The notes: a model not told the origin generated them from the letters alone. 64,000 nt of DNA from Octopus vulgaris (GCA_951406725.2 OX597824.1:11656001-11720000), one strand, 5' to 3'; numbered from the stretch's first letter, positions 1 to 13,094 are shown. Numbers and translations: made by a program.

Positions 1-857
1 AAATATTTTATTTTAACCATGGGTTATATACTTTAAGTACATTAAGTACATGGCGAAAATTGTATTTTTTTAAAACTTTGACCATAGGTGCTACTAATTT
101 CATTGATTATATATGGAGAAACTAATAACATTTATAATAATTTGCTGAATCTAATTTAATTTCAAATATCCTGTTCTACTTTCATTTTGTACCGGCTTTT
201 TTACCATTCATATGTTAAGAAACAAGACAAGATTTAATTACTCTCTTCGATTTATAATACATTTATTTAAATATATTAAAACCCAGCAAGTTTTCTTACA
301 ATCGTACATACCAAGTATATAAAAAAAGCAAAAATATTTCAGAAGCGATTGAATTGTCATTTTTATTTGAGATAAAATTCTGTTCATTTTCTTTTTCTTT
401 CTTAGTACAAATAATCTGTTAAGTTTGTTTTGACTACGCACATGTCTCAATGTAATTTAAGGGGCGGGGATACGGGTGTAAATGGATAGAATATTGCGAC
501 ATTTATACTTATATGAAGACATTTAATTTATATACAAGTGAAGTGACAAGATATTTGGTATCATAAAACGAAATAAAATATTAGACGATCTGGGACATTT
601 AACTGCTATTTCTAATTTGAAAATAAGTTTTTTTTCCCCTATTATTTTCACCCTCAAACCAGCCATTCTACTTACAATGTATATATATATATTTTCTTTA
701 TTTTCATATGAATTCAACATTTGCAGAAAAGGTCAGTAAAATAAATTCTTGGTATTTTTTCAGTTTCTTGCTTTCTGGTTTTTCAATACCCCTCCTCCTT
801 TTCATGCACAAAAACGCAGAAGTTTTAGGCGGGGAAATGAATAATTCATTGAACTAA

Positions 858-893
<36 letters not shown>

Positions 894-947
894 ATGAAAT
901 TATTATATACAGTGCTCAGGTGCACCACCTGCTGACCAAAGAACGTG

Positions 948-1263
948 GTCGCCGTGGCAACGACATGATCTCATTATTTTATATCTATCTATCTATTTAT
1001 CTATCGATCGATCTACGATGTTCAATTCTTTCTGATTTACTTGGAAACGACGTCATTTCAAGAAATATCAACCTTCCAGTTATCGATCTCCCAGAAATAT
1101 CAATCTTCCCATTTTATTTGTTTATTCATTTTTACACGGCGTTCAAATCCCAAGATGTTACTTTCGTTGCCACGGCCATAGCAAAATCAGTTTTGGCACC
1201 CTCTCTTGCCATGGCAACGACACTCCTAAAACGCTTGTTATGGTAAACAGTTACCATGGCTAC
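948..1263. promoter_or_regulatory. Cluster of RFX X-box-like motifs (candidate promoter/enhancer)
   Basis: gtcgccgtggcaac (948-961), gttgccacggccat (1166-1179), cttgccatggcaac (1205-1218) and gttaccatggctac (1250-1263) resemble the X-box GTTGCCATGGCAAC; GC-box-like ggggcgggg near 460-468. Confidence 0.45.
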
Positions 1264-1662
1264 AAGAGTCAAGACTGCGTTTAATAAGATTATATTCGTT
1301 CGCTACAGCTCACTTTGTCATTTCTCTTTCAGTTGTACTATCTAAATCTGGTGGTTTTTACTTCTGTGGCTAATGACAATAGATATTTATTTCAACATTC
1401 TCTAATGAAATTCTTCAGTGTTAGAAAGTCAGGTTCTCCTCTAACATTGTGATTAAGTAACCAGTTTCTCCTCAGCAGCTTGTTCACCAGTTGGTCAAAC
1501 TATTCTCAGGAACTTGGTAATCAATCAGGTAAAGCTTTATCCCTCATCTTAGTAACTAATTCGTCAAGCAATTCTCAGTAGATTGATAACAAATTGGTCA
1601 CCAACAATGTAGCCAACTTTGTCACACTATATTTAGCAGCTTGGTAACCAGCATCTTTTAAG

Positions 1663-2270
1663 GGCAGCTTGCTAACCAAGCTGTCAAGCTATTCTTGGCA
1701 GCTTGCTAACCAAGCTGTCAAGCTATTCTTGGCAGCTTGCTAACCAACTTGTCAAGCTATTCTTGGCAGCTTGCTAACCAACCTGTCAAGCTATTCTTGG
1801 CAGCTTGCTAACCAACCTGTCAAGCTATTCTTGGCAGCTTGCTAACCAGCCCGTCAAGCTATTCTTGGCAGCTTGCTAACCAACCTGTCCAGTTATTCTT
1901 GGCAGCTTGCTAACCAACTTGTCAAGCTATTCTTGGCAACTTGCTAACCAACCTGTCAAGCTATTCTTAGCAGCTTGCTAACCAACCTGTCAAGCTATAC
2001 TTGGCAGCTTGCTAACCAATCTGTCAAGCTATTCTTGGCAGCTTGCTAACCAACTTATCAAGCTATACTTGGCAGCTTGCTCACCAACCTGTCAAGCTAT
2101 ACTTGGCAGCTTGCTAACCAACCCGTCAAGCTATTCTTGGCAGCTTGCTAGCCAACCTGTCAAGCTATTCTTGGCAGCTTGCTAACCAACCTGTCAAGCT
2201 ATTCTTGGCAGCTCGCTAACCAACTTGTCTAGCTATTTTTGGGCAGTTTGTTAACCCACTGGTCAAGCTG
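1663..2270. repeat. 34-bp minisatellite (~17 copies) with degenerate flanking units to ~1470 and ~2420
   Basis: Unit ggcagcttgctaaccaacctgtcaagctattctt; starts at 1663, 1697, 1731 give a 34-bp period. Confidence 0.95.
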
Positions 2271-3884
2271 TCCTTAACAGTCCAGTAACCAACATAGCTT
2301 TTATGGGCAGCTTGGTAATCAACTTGGTCAAGCTATCCTGGGAAGCTTGGTAACCAACTTGGTCTAGTTCTGCCCAAAAGTCCTGTAACAAACCTGGTAA
2401 TCTGTATGAAGCTATTCCCAGGATTGTAGTAACCAACTAATAATAAAATGGTCTCAGTATTATGGCCATCATTTAATGTTCACTTTCCATGCTGGCATGG
2501 GTTGGATGGTTTGACATGGAGCTGGCCAGTTGGGGAGCTGTCTGTTTCCACAGCTGGATGATCTTTCTAATGCCAACCACTTAACAGAGTGTGCTGGTTG
2601 CCTTCTGCATGCCACTGGCACAGGTGCATTTACACAGTATCGGCATGGGTACTTCTTAAATAGTACCTACCTGAAAGGACCAGCCTATACATGTGGAAGA
2701 CAGTGATTTGACTTAGCTTGACATGTCTTGTTAAGTACAGCAAATCACCACATCTCCTGGTCCTTTGTCATTTCCTCAGTAAGGCCCAGTGACCGAAGAT
2801 CCTTTCTCACCACTTCATCCCACGCCTTTCTGGGTCTCACATGAGTCAGACAGAATTTGATGGGACAGATTTTCTATGGTGTTTCCTGTTTCTGAGCAAG
2901 GTAATAATATTTCCCATGTCCAGACATATTATTCTACAGAAGGCTGGAAATGAACATGTATGATGATGTTCCTTTACAACCTTCACATGAGGTCAGGACA
3001 AGGGTATGCATGCACCACACCCACACACATATATGGTAGGCTTCTTTCAGTTTCTATCTGCCAAATCTATTCACAAGGCTTTGATCAGCCCAAAGTAGAA
3101 GAAACTTGCCGAAGGTGCCATGTGGTGGAACTGAACCTGAAATCACATGGTTCACACAGTCATGTCTGTACGTATATTTTATTTAAGTTATCTCTTTGTT
3201 TCTTCTTTTTTGTTTTTGTTTGTTGCTCAATATATACACTCGAGTAAGTCACTCAAGTTGCAGTAGTGTCCAAGCATACACTGAGATATTTGAGTCACAC
3301 ATTTTCCATGTCACTTAGACTTGTGGGGTGTCTATATGTCAGAAATGTACTTAACTGTGTTGTAGACATCATCATCATTTAACGTCCGCTTTCCATGCTA
3401 GCATGGGTTGGACAATTTGACAGGTCTGGCGAAGCAGACTCCAATCTGATCTGGCAAGGTTTCTACAGCTTGATGCCCTTCCTAACGCCAACCACTCTGA
3501 GAGTGTAGTGGGTGCTTTTACATGCCACCGGCATGAGGGCCAGTTTGGTGGTACTGGCAACTGCCACGCCCAAATGGTGCTTTTTACGTGCCACCTGCAC
3601 AGGAGCCAGTCCAGCGGCACTGGCGATGACCTCGCTCGAATGTTTCACATGCCACCAGCACAAGTGCTAGCATAAATTTTAATATAGACCACAAACAATA
3701 GTTCTGTTTAAAAGCAAGAGTAGTGCTGTTATGATTTCAGTAATGTCCTTTATGGGGTGTTTGGCTTAAGTTCTATTTTATTTTATGTATCCTTTTTCCA
3801 GGAATTTCTTAATGTATTGATGAACGGTCAAAACAGTTATTGGAGAGCATAAAAATTAAAGTTGTTGTTGAGAAAAATGTAGCT

Positions 3885-4515
3885 GACTTAGAGGATTGGA
3901 AACCATCTGAATATTGAGAAAGAGTTTGCTGTTTCATGATTTGCACTGGGTATCAAAATACCGACATCATGAATGCTACTCAATGCTCTGTGAATACTGT
4001 AATGGCTGTAAAATGTAACATGAACAGCTGCAAGAGAGATTACAAAGCCATGACCAGCAAGAAGTTGATGGTCTTTGGTGTGTGTCCAGTGGGGGGTGAC
4101 ATCACGCTGCCCCACATTTTCGAACAGGGATTTAGGCTCAATTCAGATGGCTATGTGAAGCAGTTGAAGACTATGGTCAACCCCTGGCTGGAGAGGGTTG
4201 CTGCTGGAAGGCCATATGTGTGGGAGAATTTTTGGCTTCTTGCCATGCCCCCCAGCAAGAGTTGGAAGTGGTTATCAGACAATTTCTATGACTTCACCAG
4301 CCCCAGTTTCTGGTCCCCTAATTTGCCTGATTGTAATCCCATGGATTGCTGTGTAGGGCACAGTTGAGAAACACACCAACTACTTTGCCTGCAGCACCAA
4401 GGGCAAGCTGGTGGCCAAGGTCATGGAGTTGTTCAAAGATCTTTCCAGAGACAATGAGGAATGCACGCACCATGTCCTGAAGCTGTCTTAAGGCCATAGT
4501 AGAAGCCGTGGGCAA
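3885..4515 (+). mobile_element. Degenerate Tc1/mariner-superfamily transposase fragment (maT/DD37D-like)
   Basis: ORF 3936-4367: LMVFG...LNSDGYVKQLKTMVNPWL...WSPNLPDCNPMD matches the WPPNSPDLNPLD motif; internally deleted and frameshifted. Related remnant near 54915-55170 (-). Confidence 0.7.
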
Positions 4516-4935
4516 CTGCTGGCCTTCCATAAACAACCTTGCCCGGACTTGTACCTTGGAGGGTAACTTTCTAGTTGCAATCCCATGGTCATTCATGACC
4601 GAAGGGGGTCTCCCAGTATAGCTCAGAACTTGGATTTCAAGTGGAAATTCTGAGGTTGTCTTATATTCTGACGTATATGACATATACATATTAATATTTT
4701 CCAATTTATTGTTTCTTGTTTTGGTCACTCAGACCGCTTACTAACATGGTTACCTATCTGAAAAGGAGTCTTTATTAATAAGCTTCAGTTTGTTATTCTG
4801 TTCTAAGATGTTTTTTATGTTTGCCTATCAATATTTTTTTGTTTTTTTTGCATGAAATAAAAATAATCAATTTTAAATATCTTTCAATATTATCCTAGTT
4901 ACAAAATTTTTGAATAAGACATCTTCAGTATATAT

Positions 4936-5350
4936 GGATCTTTTCGGTTTGAACGGCAGTTTTTTCTAGCGGTGTCATATGAAATTGTCACCCATAATTA
5001 TGACCCTAGTATCGATCTATTGCATTTCAATCTGTTTTAGGGTTAGGGATGGGGGGAAGGGTATCTTTTTTTCTTCAGAAATGTAAATAAACCCAATCTG
5101 TTTCTTAAACAAGGGACATATTTATATGGCACAGAATGTTTTTTTTTTACCTCAATACACATCAGTGATTGGTTGAAATTGCAGAAATTGAAGAAAAAAA
5201 ACAACAAATATCTTACAAACTATAGAATTTTCTCAATAAAGCCAAGAGAAAACAATGTTTTATAAACACATTCTACCAGTATACAAAGTTTAACATTTTT
5301 TAGTTACCTAGAAATTATGTTAAAAACTGTCGTTCAAACCGAAAAGGTCC
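4936..5350. mobile_element. Non-autonomous DNA transposon (MITE), GGATC termini, 8-bp TSD (Merlin/hAT-like)
   Basis: TIRs ggatcttttcggtttgaacggcagtttt / aaaactgtcgttcaaaccgaaaaggtcc; TSD gtatatat on both sides. Confidence 0.85.
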
Positions 5351-5448
5351 GTATATATTTTCTGTTTTCTTGTAAATTAATTTCAAGTAGAGCAATGTTG
5401 TTTAAAGTAAATTTAACAAATGAAATAACTCTACTTATTTTCTTTCAG

Positions 5449-5594
5449 AAAATATTAGGTAGTGAAAAGGAGATGATGGAGTTACCAGCCAAACGGCCAA
5501 AAGTAGATCTTCAATGCCTGCCAACAAGAGCTTACCTTGACCAAACTGTTGTCCCTATTCTACTTCAAGGAATGTCAGCATTAGCAAAAGAAAG
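5449..5594 (+). CDS. DPY30: DPY30 (COMPASS/SET1 subunit), penultimate coding exon
   Basis: Acceptor tttctttcag, donor AG|gtaata; encodes [49 protein letters not shown], the Dpy-30 signature. Upstream exon(s) not identified. Confidence 0.95.
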
Positions 5595-5802
5595 GTAATA
5601 TACAGGTGTAGATGTTTATTGCTGTGTTATATAGCTCTGATAACTTTTAACATTGGCTCACTAAAGTTCTCGTTTTTGAACTGGCTGCAGCTTCTGGGAA
5701 ATGCAGTTGAGATCTAAAATGCTTCAGTCCCAAACCTCATGACATATTTGACATGGCAGAACCTGTTGACTGTTTGATTAGTTTTTTGTGTTTTGAGTGG
5801 TT

Positions 5803-5971
5803 AGGCACAGGAGTGAGTGTGCAGTAGGTAGCTTGCTTACTAACCACATGGTTCCAGGTTCAGTCCCACTGCGTGGCACCTCGGACAAGTGTCTTCTACT
5901 ATAGTCTCTGGCTGACCAAAACCTCGTGAGTGGATCTGGATCTGGTTAACAGAAACGGAAAGAAGCCTGCC

Positions 5972-6026
<55 letters not shown>

Positions 6027-6240
6027 TGTGTAGGTATATATTTGTGTGTCTGTTTGTCCCCTACATTGCTTAACAACTGATGCTGGTGTGTTTACGTCCC
6101 TGTAACTTAGCGGTTCAGCAAAAGAGACTAATAGAATAAGTACTAGGGTTACAAAGAATAAATCTTGGGGTTGATTTGCTTGACTAAAGGCAGTGCTCCA
6201 GCATGGCCGCAGTCAAATAGTTGAAACAAATAAAAATAAG
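5803..6240 (+). mobile_element. tRNA-derived SINE family B (internal microsatellite)
   Basis: Head with ggttccaggttcagtccc B-box, internal (TA)n, conserved tail ...ctccagcatggccgcagtcaaat. Partial copies near 3030-3155(-), 8757-8935(+), 11888-12015(+), 17706-17870(-), 21322-21665(+), 22890-23080(-). Confidence 0.85.
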
Positions 6241-6707
6241 TTTGAGCAGAGCTTACGTATGGCACTTGTTTTTCATAAAGATGAGACATCCACTAATAGG
6301 GCATAGTATACCAAAAAAACGAAAGGAACAATATGACTAAGGGCAAGTACCTCTGGGGAATGTTCTGCATACTAAATTTACATATGCAGTATGATTTCAC
6401 CTATCCAATTAGTAGGCAAAATCTCCAAGCGTTTCTAAACATCTAAAAACAAACAAGGGAGTTAACTCCAACAAAATTTGTTAAAAAGACGTTTCAGTCT
6501 TGATAACACACCAAAGTGTATTCTACACAGGTGGCAAGATCTTTAGCAGTTATGAGCATTTAAAGAAATCAGGGGCTTCAAAGCTTTCTGTTATTTTCAT
6601 CTCTTCAACAAAATAGTTTCATGCTTCTTTCCTGAGCATTTCCTTTGCCTCTGTAGCACCTGATGGCAATACTGCTATGTCAGTATCATCTCATGCTACT
6701 TGATTAT

Positions 6708-7122
6708 TAAGGTGGTGAGCTGGCAGAAACGTTAGCACGCCGGGCAAAATGCTTAGCGGTATTTTGTCTGTCTTTACATTCTGAGTTCAAATTCTGCCAA
6801 GGTCGACTTTGCCTTTCATCTTTTCGGGGTCGATTAAATAAGTACTAGTTACGCACTGGGGTCGATGTAATTGACTTAATCCATTTGTCTGTCCTTGTTT
6901 GTCCTCTCTGTGTTTAGCCCCTTGTGGGTAGTAAAGAAATAAGTATTTTGTCTGCCTTTACATTCTGAATTCAAATTCTGCCGAGGTCGACTTTGCCTTT
7001 CATCCTTTTGGGGTTGATAAATTAAGTACCTGTTGCATACTGGGATCAGTCTAATAGACTGGCCCCCATCTCCAAAAAATTTCGGGCCTTGTGCCTAGAG
7101 TAAAAAAAAAAACAAAAAAAAA
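6708..7122 (+). mobile_element. tRNA-derived SINE family C, dimeric insertion
   Basis: Head gagctggcagaaacgttagc, B-box gagttcaaatt, core gcctttcatcctttcggggtcgat; two units, A-rich tail, TSD ctacttgattat (6696-6707 / 7123-7134). Confidence 0.85.
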
Positions 7123-7827
7123 CTACTTGATTATCTCCCTGTACCATTTGATTGCTGAGTGAATATCCTACTTTACCAGATATTTTCAGCATTTCAGTGA
7201 CTATCCCTAATGGTCTAAATCTCTCCTTCTCTATCTGTCTATGTAAATTTCTGTGCATGTGTGCATCTTTGTGTGTTTTGGTGCATCCAGCACCAAAGCA
7301 TGCTGTCACAAAAACAGCTTGAATATCCAGTCAGCCATGCCAAATCATCAGCATTCAACCGAACCATCTCAACTTTGCAAACATGCATTATTGTAAAAAC
7401 AGTAAAAGTAATAAATGTTAAAAATTTAAAGAATGAGCTTAGGGACATAACTCAAGTGGGTTAATGACATCATCATCATCATCATCATCGTTTAGCATCC
7501 GCTTTCCATGCTAGCATGGGTTGGACGGGCCAACTGGGGTCTGTGAAGCTGGAAGGCTTCGTCAGGCCCAGTCAGATCTGGCAGTATTTCTACAGCTGGA
7601 TGCCCTTCCTAACGACATAAATTTAGATAAATGATAAAGTAGGTCATAATACTTCTCCCCTTTTCTTTACGCCCTATTAATGCTTACCATTAGGTCTTTG
7701 TGTTTTTTCTTTTTTTTTTTTTCTCATACTGCGGAATTTTTTTTTGTATATATCATTCCGTACACCACTCTGTATCTGAAATAAGTGTTGCTTATTGCTG
7801 ATAAATTTATTTCATTCTATTTTCCAG

Positions 7828-7894
7828 GCCTCCTAACCCAATTGAATATCTTGCTTCGTATTTACTGAAGAACAAGAACCAGTATGAGAATTAA
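7828..7894 (+). CDS. DPY30: DPY30 terminal coding exon
   Basis: Acceptor ttttccag; the phase-2 junction completes R, then PPNPIEYLASYLLKNKNQYEN*. Confidence 0.95.
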
Positions 7895-7973
7895 TGTTTT
7901 TTCTGGCGCCGTTACTTGACTTTATAATTTGTACATAGCTGTGTATATCTTACTCTTCATACAAGTGTATTTA

Positions 7974-7979
7974 AATAAA
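7974..7979 (+). terminator. Probable DPY30 polyadenylation signal
   Basis: AATAAA ~80 nt after the stop codon, followed by T-rich sequence. Confidence 0.55.
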
Positions 7980-9991
7980 CCATACCAAATGTCATTCCAT
8001 TTACATTTCTCTTTGATTAAACTTTATTCATTAATTCTTTATTCCTATAACAAAAGCATGATGGCTAAATCATCATCATCATCGTTTAACGTCCATTCTC
8101 CATGATAGCATGGGTTGGACGGTTCAACCGGGGATCTGGGAAGCCAGAAGGCTGCACCAGGCTCCAGTCTGATCTGGTAGTGTTTCTACAGCTTGATGCC
8201 CTTCCTAACGCCAACCACTCCGTGAGTGTAGTGGGCGCTTTTTACGTGCCAGGTGAGGCTGGCAACGACCATGATCGGATTGGTGCTTTTTACGTGCCAC
8301 CAGCATGGAAGCCAGTCAAGGCGACGCTGGCGTCGACCATGTTTGGATGGTGCTTTTTACGTGCCACCGGTTAAGATAATTAACTATTGATCCCGATGTT
8401 ACAAGATAATCGTTATTGCTGACTGAAGCATGATCTTCGGACGTTGAGTCTGACTGAGGCGATGACAAGTAATTGAGACCTTTGACGATTTGCTGTGTTG
8501 GAGAAGACAGCTCAAGCCAAGTCGTGGCTAGTGCCGGTGACATGTGAAAAGGCACCTGTGCTGTTGACACATAAAGGCACCCACTACATTCATGGAGTGG
8601 TTGGCGTTTGGAAGGGCATCCAGCTGTAGAAATCAAGCCTGATCAGACTAGAGCTTGGTGCAGCTCTCCAGCTTGCTAGCTCTGGTCAAACCATCTAACC
8701 CATGCCAGCATAGAAAATGGATGCTAAATGACGATGATTATTATTTTATCTCCTTAGGAGGTGTGGTTATGTGGGTGGTTAAGAAACTTGCTTCTCAACT
8801 ACATGGTTATGGGTTCAGTCCCATTGTGTGACATCTTGGGTAAATGTCTTCAACTATAGCCCTGGGTCAACCAATGCTTTGAAAGTGGATTTGGTAGACA
8901 GAAACTGAAAGAAGCCCACCATGTGTGTGTGTGTGTGTGTATGTTTATATATAAAATACAAAATGGGACAAGAACGCAAAACATCCGGACAACTAGGTGA
9001 TACAAAAAGGGACAACAAAACATCCAGATAGATGATACAAAGAAACAAGGACGGGTCATTCAAAGCTTTCTATCCTCAGTCAAGAACTGGATCATCCTCG
9101 CAATTTCAGCTGATTAATCTTGAGATTGCCCCAATCTGACCATCAACAAGGAAAAACTAAGCTAAGAGCATTAGATTCCTTCGAAGAAAGCATTGAATGT
9201 ATACAAAAACAAAAACGGAAAAAACACAATGTTGCACAAATATAAATACAATAAAAGAAAATATATATATACTACGTCCCCTCTTGGTTACCTCCTCCCC
9301 ACCTTTCAGAACTACCATTTTTCATCATCTCTACCTACTATTTCCACCAATCACCTTGCTGCACCTTCAGCTATTGCTCTCTCTCATCTCTGCTGTACAC
9401 CATCCTTAACTGCTATCACACTCAATTCCCTCATATATCTACCATAACCCCCCCCCCCCCTACACACACACACATCCTGAACCACTCCTATTTCTCACCA
9501 TCACTTGCTATAGTCATCTCTACTTCATCTCTAACTTTCTTCTCTATCCCCCATCTGTCCACTCACCTTGTCCAGTTCTCTGTACCACTTATATTCACCT
9601 TGCATTATACCTTGAGAGTATGTCCCAACACCTCCAGACAAAGCTCGCTCGTCTAGGACAGGGAGTAAAATTGAGGGAGGTTGCTTTGTGCCAGTCGGGA
9701 GGTTAAAGTGTAACAGTGGGATAGAGATAGCTGTTTTGCTGTGTTGAGGAGATGCATGGCTATCCTAGTCAGAAAGAGACAGAGTAAAAGGCATCCTGTA
9801 GATTCTGTAAAGTGGTTGGCACTAGGAAAGGCATCCAGCTATAGACACCATGCCAAAGCAGACAGTAGAGATTGGTGCAGTCCTCTAGCTTGCCAGCTTC
9901 TGTCAAATCATCCAACCCTTGCCAGCACAGATGTTAAAATGGTTGGTGATGATGTTTGCATGTGCGTCCTTATTTTGACATTGCATAATAG

Positions 9992-10399
9992 GGATCTTTT
10001 CGGTTTGACCGGCAGTTTTTTCTAGCAGTGTCATATGAAATTGTCACCCATAATTATGACCCTAGTATCGATCTATTGCATTTCAATCTGTTCTAGGGTT
10101 AGGGATGGGGGGAAGGGTATCTTTTTTTCTTCAGAAATGTAAATAAACCCAATCTGTTTCTTAAACGAGGGACGTATTCATACGGCACAATGTTTTCACC
10201 TCAATAGACGTCATTGATTGGTTGAAATTGCAGAAATTGAAGAAAAAAAACAATAAATATCTTACAAACTATAGAATTTTCTCAATAAAGCCAAGAGAAA
10301 AAGATGTTTTATGAACACATTCTACCAGTATACGAAGTTTAATATTTTTTAGTTACCTAGAAATTATGTTAAAAACTGCCGGTCAAACCGAAAAGATCC
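9992..10399. mobile_element. MITE, second copy of the 4936-5350 family
   Basis: Perfect TIRs ggatcttttcggtttgaccggcagtttt / aaaactgccggtcaaaccgaaaagatcc; 8-bp TSD cataatag. Confidence 0.9.
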
Positions 10400-10979
10400 C
10401 ATAATAGTTGTAAATGAATAAGAATGTCATGCAGTACATGGTTATTTGATACCAGTCAAATACTGGATCGATTTAATCAAATAAAAGTATAGCTGATCAA
10501 AATACTTGACAGGTGCATTATTTTATTGACCTTGAAGGATGAAAGGTAAAGCTGACTGCAGCAGGATCTGAATTGGAGATAAATTTCAGATCGTTAAACC
10601 AGAAAATCAAATATCTTGTAAGTTAAGTCCCTTGCATCTTTAACACGTCTAGGTTATCTCCCTTACTTCGTTTGTGTCACTAAGGTCGACCATCACTAAT
10701 CTGTTAAGCTTGGGATCCGGTAGGCGTTTTAGTGGCGGATTTTTTTAATGTGTGAAGGAGCAAAAATTGTAATTGTACTGTATTAATGAGGCGTGGATGG
10801 AGTACCGAATTAAAGGGTTTAGTCTAACAAATTGGACCCCAGCGCTTATTTTTTTAAATCTGATACTTGGTCTATTAGCTTCTTTTGCCAAACCACTAAG
10901 TCAGAGATATAAACAAGCCAATACTATGTGAGTGGTTGATGAGATGCAAACCTAAAGACACATAGATAAATAGTTACCA

Positions 10980-11437
10980 GGGGTAGCAAAAAATCACACA
11001 AGTAAAAAAGGTGTAACTCGTTTTTAAGGGTAGAAACTCAGGGTTTACGTGAAATATTTTGTATAATATATATAAATAAATAAATGGAGTTAAACGCAGG
11101 TGTTATTCAAATTTTTTTACACCGACACGTTTCGAAGATATCATTGGTATTATTCCAAAGGAATAAAATGGTGTAAAACAATGTAATCTTTTCTTCAGAG
11201 AAATGAAGAAATGAAACTCTCTGAAAAAAAGATTACATTGTTTTACACCATTTTATTCCTTTGGAATAATACCAGTGATATCTTCGAAACATGTGTTGGA
11301 AGTAAAAGAATTTGAATAACACCAGCGTTTAACTCCATTTATTTATTTATACAAAATATTTCACGTAAACCCTGAGTTTCTACCTTTAAAAACAAGGAGT
11401 TAGACCCTTTTTACTTGTGTGATTTTTTGCTACCCTG
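10980..11437. repeat. Large inverted repeat (~220-bp arms) of Penelope-like element terminus
   Basis: 10980-11200 is the reverse complement of 11218-11437; arms match 17200-17345 and 52955-53175. Confidence 0.9.
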
Positions 11438-11474
11438 TTGAAGCTGTTGGACTGACAAATCTTGAATTAATGTA

Positions 11475-11856
11475 TAGGTGCAGGAGTGGCTGTGTGGTAA
11501 GTAGCTTGCTTACCAACCACATGGTTCCGGGTTCAGTCCCACTGTGTGGCACCATGGGCAAGTGTCTTCTACTATAGCCTCAGGCCGACCAAAGTCTTGT
11601 GAATTTGGTCGGTAGATGGAAACTAAAAGAAGCCTGTCATATATATGTATGTGTGTGTGTTTGTGTTTGTCCCCTCTACATCGCTTGACAACCGATGCTG
11701 GTGTGTTTGCGTCCTTGTAACTTAGCAGTTCGGCAAAAGAGAATGATAGAATAAGTACTAGGCTTACAAAGAATAAGTCCTGGGGGTCGATTTGCTCGAC
11801 TCAAGGTGGTGCTCCAGCATGGCCACGGTTGAATTACTGAAACAAGTAAAAGAGTA
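11475..11856 (+). mobile_element. SINE family B, full-length copy
   Basis: Same head, core and tail as 5803-6240. Confidence 0.85.
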
Positions 11857-13094
11857 ACATGGTTAAAATGCTTATTTATGTTCAGTATAGGTGCAGGCAT
11901 GGGTGTGTGGTTAAGGAACTTACTTCTCAACCATGTGGTCTTTGGTTCAGTTCTACTGTGCCGCACCTTGTTAAAGTGTCTTCTACTATAGCTCTAGGCT
12001 GACCAAAGCCCTGTGATGGACTGGCATCCTGTTCATCTGAGAGGCTGTGTTGTAGTCTCAGTCACTGATGGAAACCAGGTTAAGCTCTGATCTTGTGTGT
12101 CTTCAGGCTCACACACACACACAAAAGAAAAAAAAGTGATTCAAAAGAAGTTTGGCTGTTTTTTCTTGCAGATTAAACAAACATATGGTAATTCCTTCGC
12201 TGGAGGTGTTAGGATAATTTTGCTAAATCAGTATTATCCCATAGGATCTGGAATGTACGGGAATTCCATTCTTAAAAATTTACATCCAGGAATGACATGT
12301 AAAATATTTTGGAATGGAAAAGAAAATACGTTGGAAAAATGGAATTTTAAAAAATCTCCAGCTGAATTTTCCTAACCTTGTGGGCTTCTAGGTGCTAGTG
12401 TCATATAAAAAGCACCTGTACCGGTACCATGTGATTTTTTAAATTTCCCACAAGGGGACAACATAGATAAGGGACAATACAATCTGATTGGAGTCAGATG
12501 GATGGATGGATATAACATAAAGATGACATTAAAAATTCACAAAAATATAAATAAATCGAATGATAGGACAGACCAGAAGACATTATGGATGGAGTGGGAA
12601 GAAAGCTTCAATTCGGACCCCAAATGCACCCATGTCGGTGCTGTGTAAGTGCACCCAGTACACTCTGTAAAGTGGTTAGTGCTAGGAAGGGCATCTAGCT
12701 GTAGAAACTATGCCAAAGCGGACATGGAGCCTGAGAAGTTCTTGTCAAACCATCCAACCTATGCCAGCATGTCAAACAGATGTTAAATGAAGATGACGAT
12801 GAAAAGAAAACTGCAGGAGTGTAGCATAATAAATGAAATATGAACCGCCATATCCTTGTGTTCTCAAATGGTAGTGCTTCTGTATTGAACAAGAAAGCTC
12901 TAGAATTTTAAAGTGTTATATATTTAAACAGTTTGATATCAACCCACCTGGGAGCACTTTTGGATCTATGACACAAACTTCCGTCTTAAAGTGATGTAAA
13001 TTAAAACCTTCCACCAAAATTTCATGTTAATTCGTTCCTTCAATAATATTCTGTCATCTGGTTCCAGTCATTTAACTGCTGCCATGCTTGGTCT

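Noticed and set aside
920-1246. 108-aa ORF over the X-box region
   Set aside because: Non-ATG start, includes a (TATC)n repeat, no recognisable homology.
1663-2270. CRISPR-like array (34-bp partly palindromic repeats)
   Set aside because: Units are contiguous with no unique spacers, there are no cas genes, and the context is eukaryotic; it is a minisatellite.
5037-5048. Telomeric TTAGGG repeats
   Set aside because: Only two units, internal to a MITE present twice in the window.
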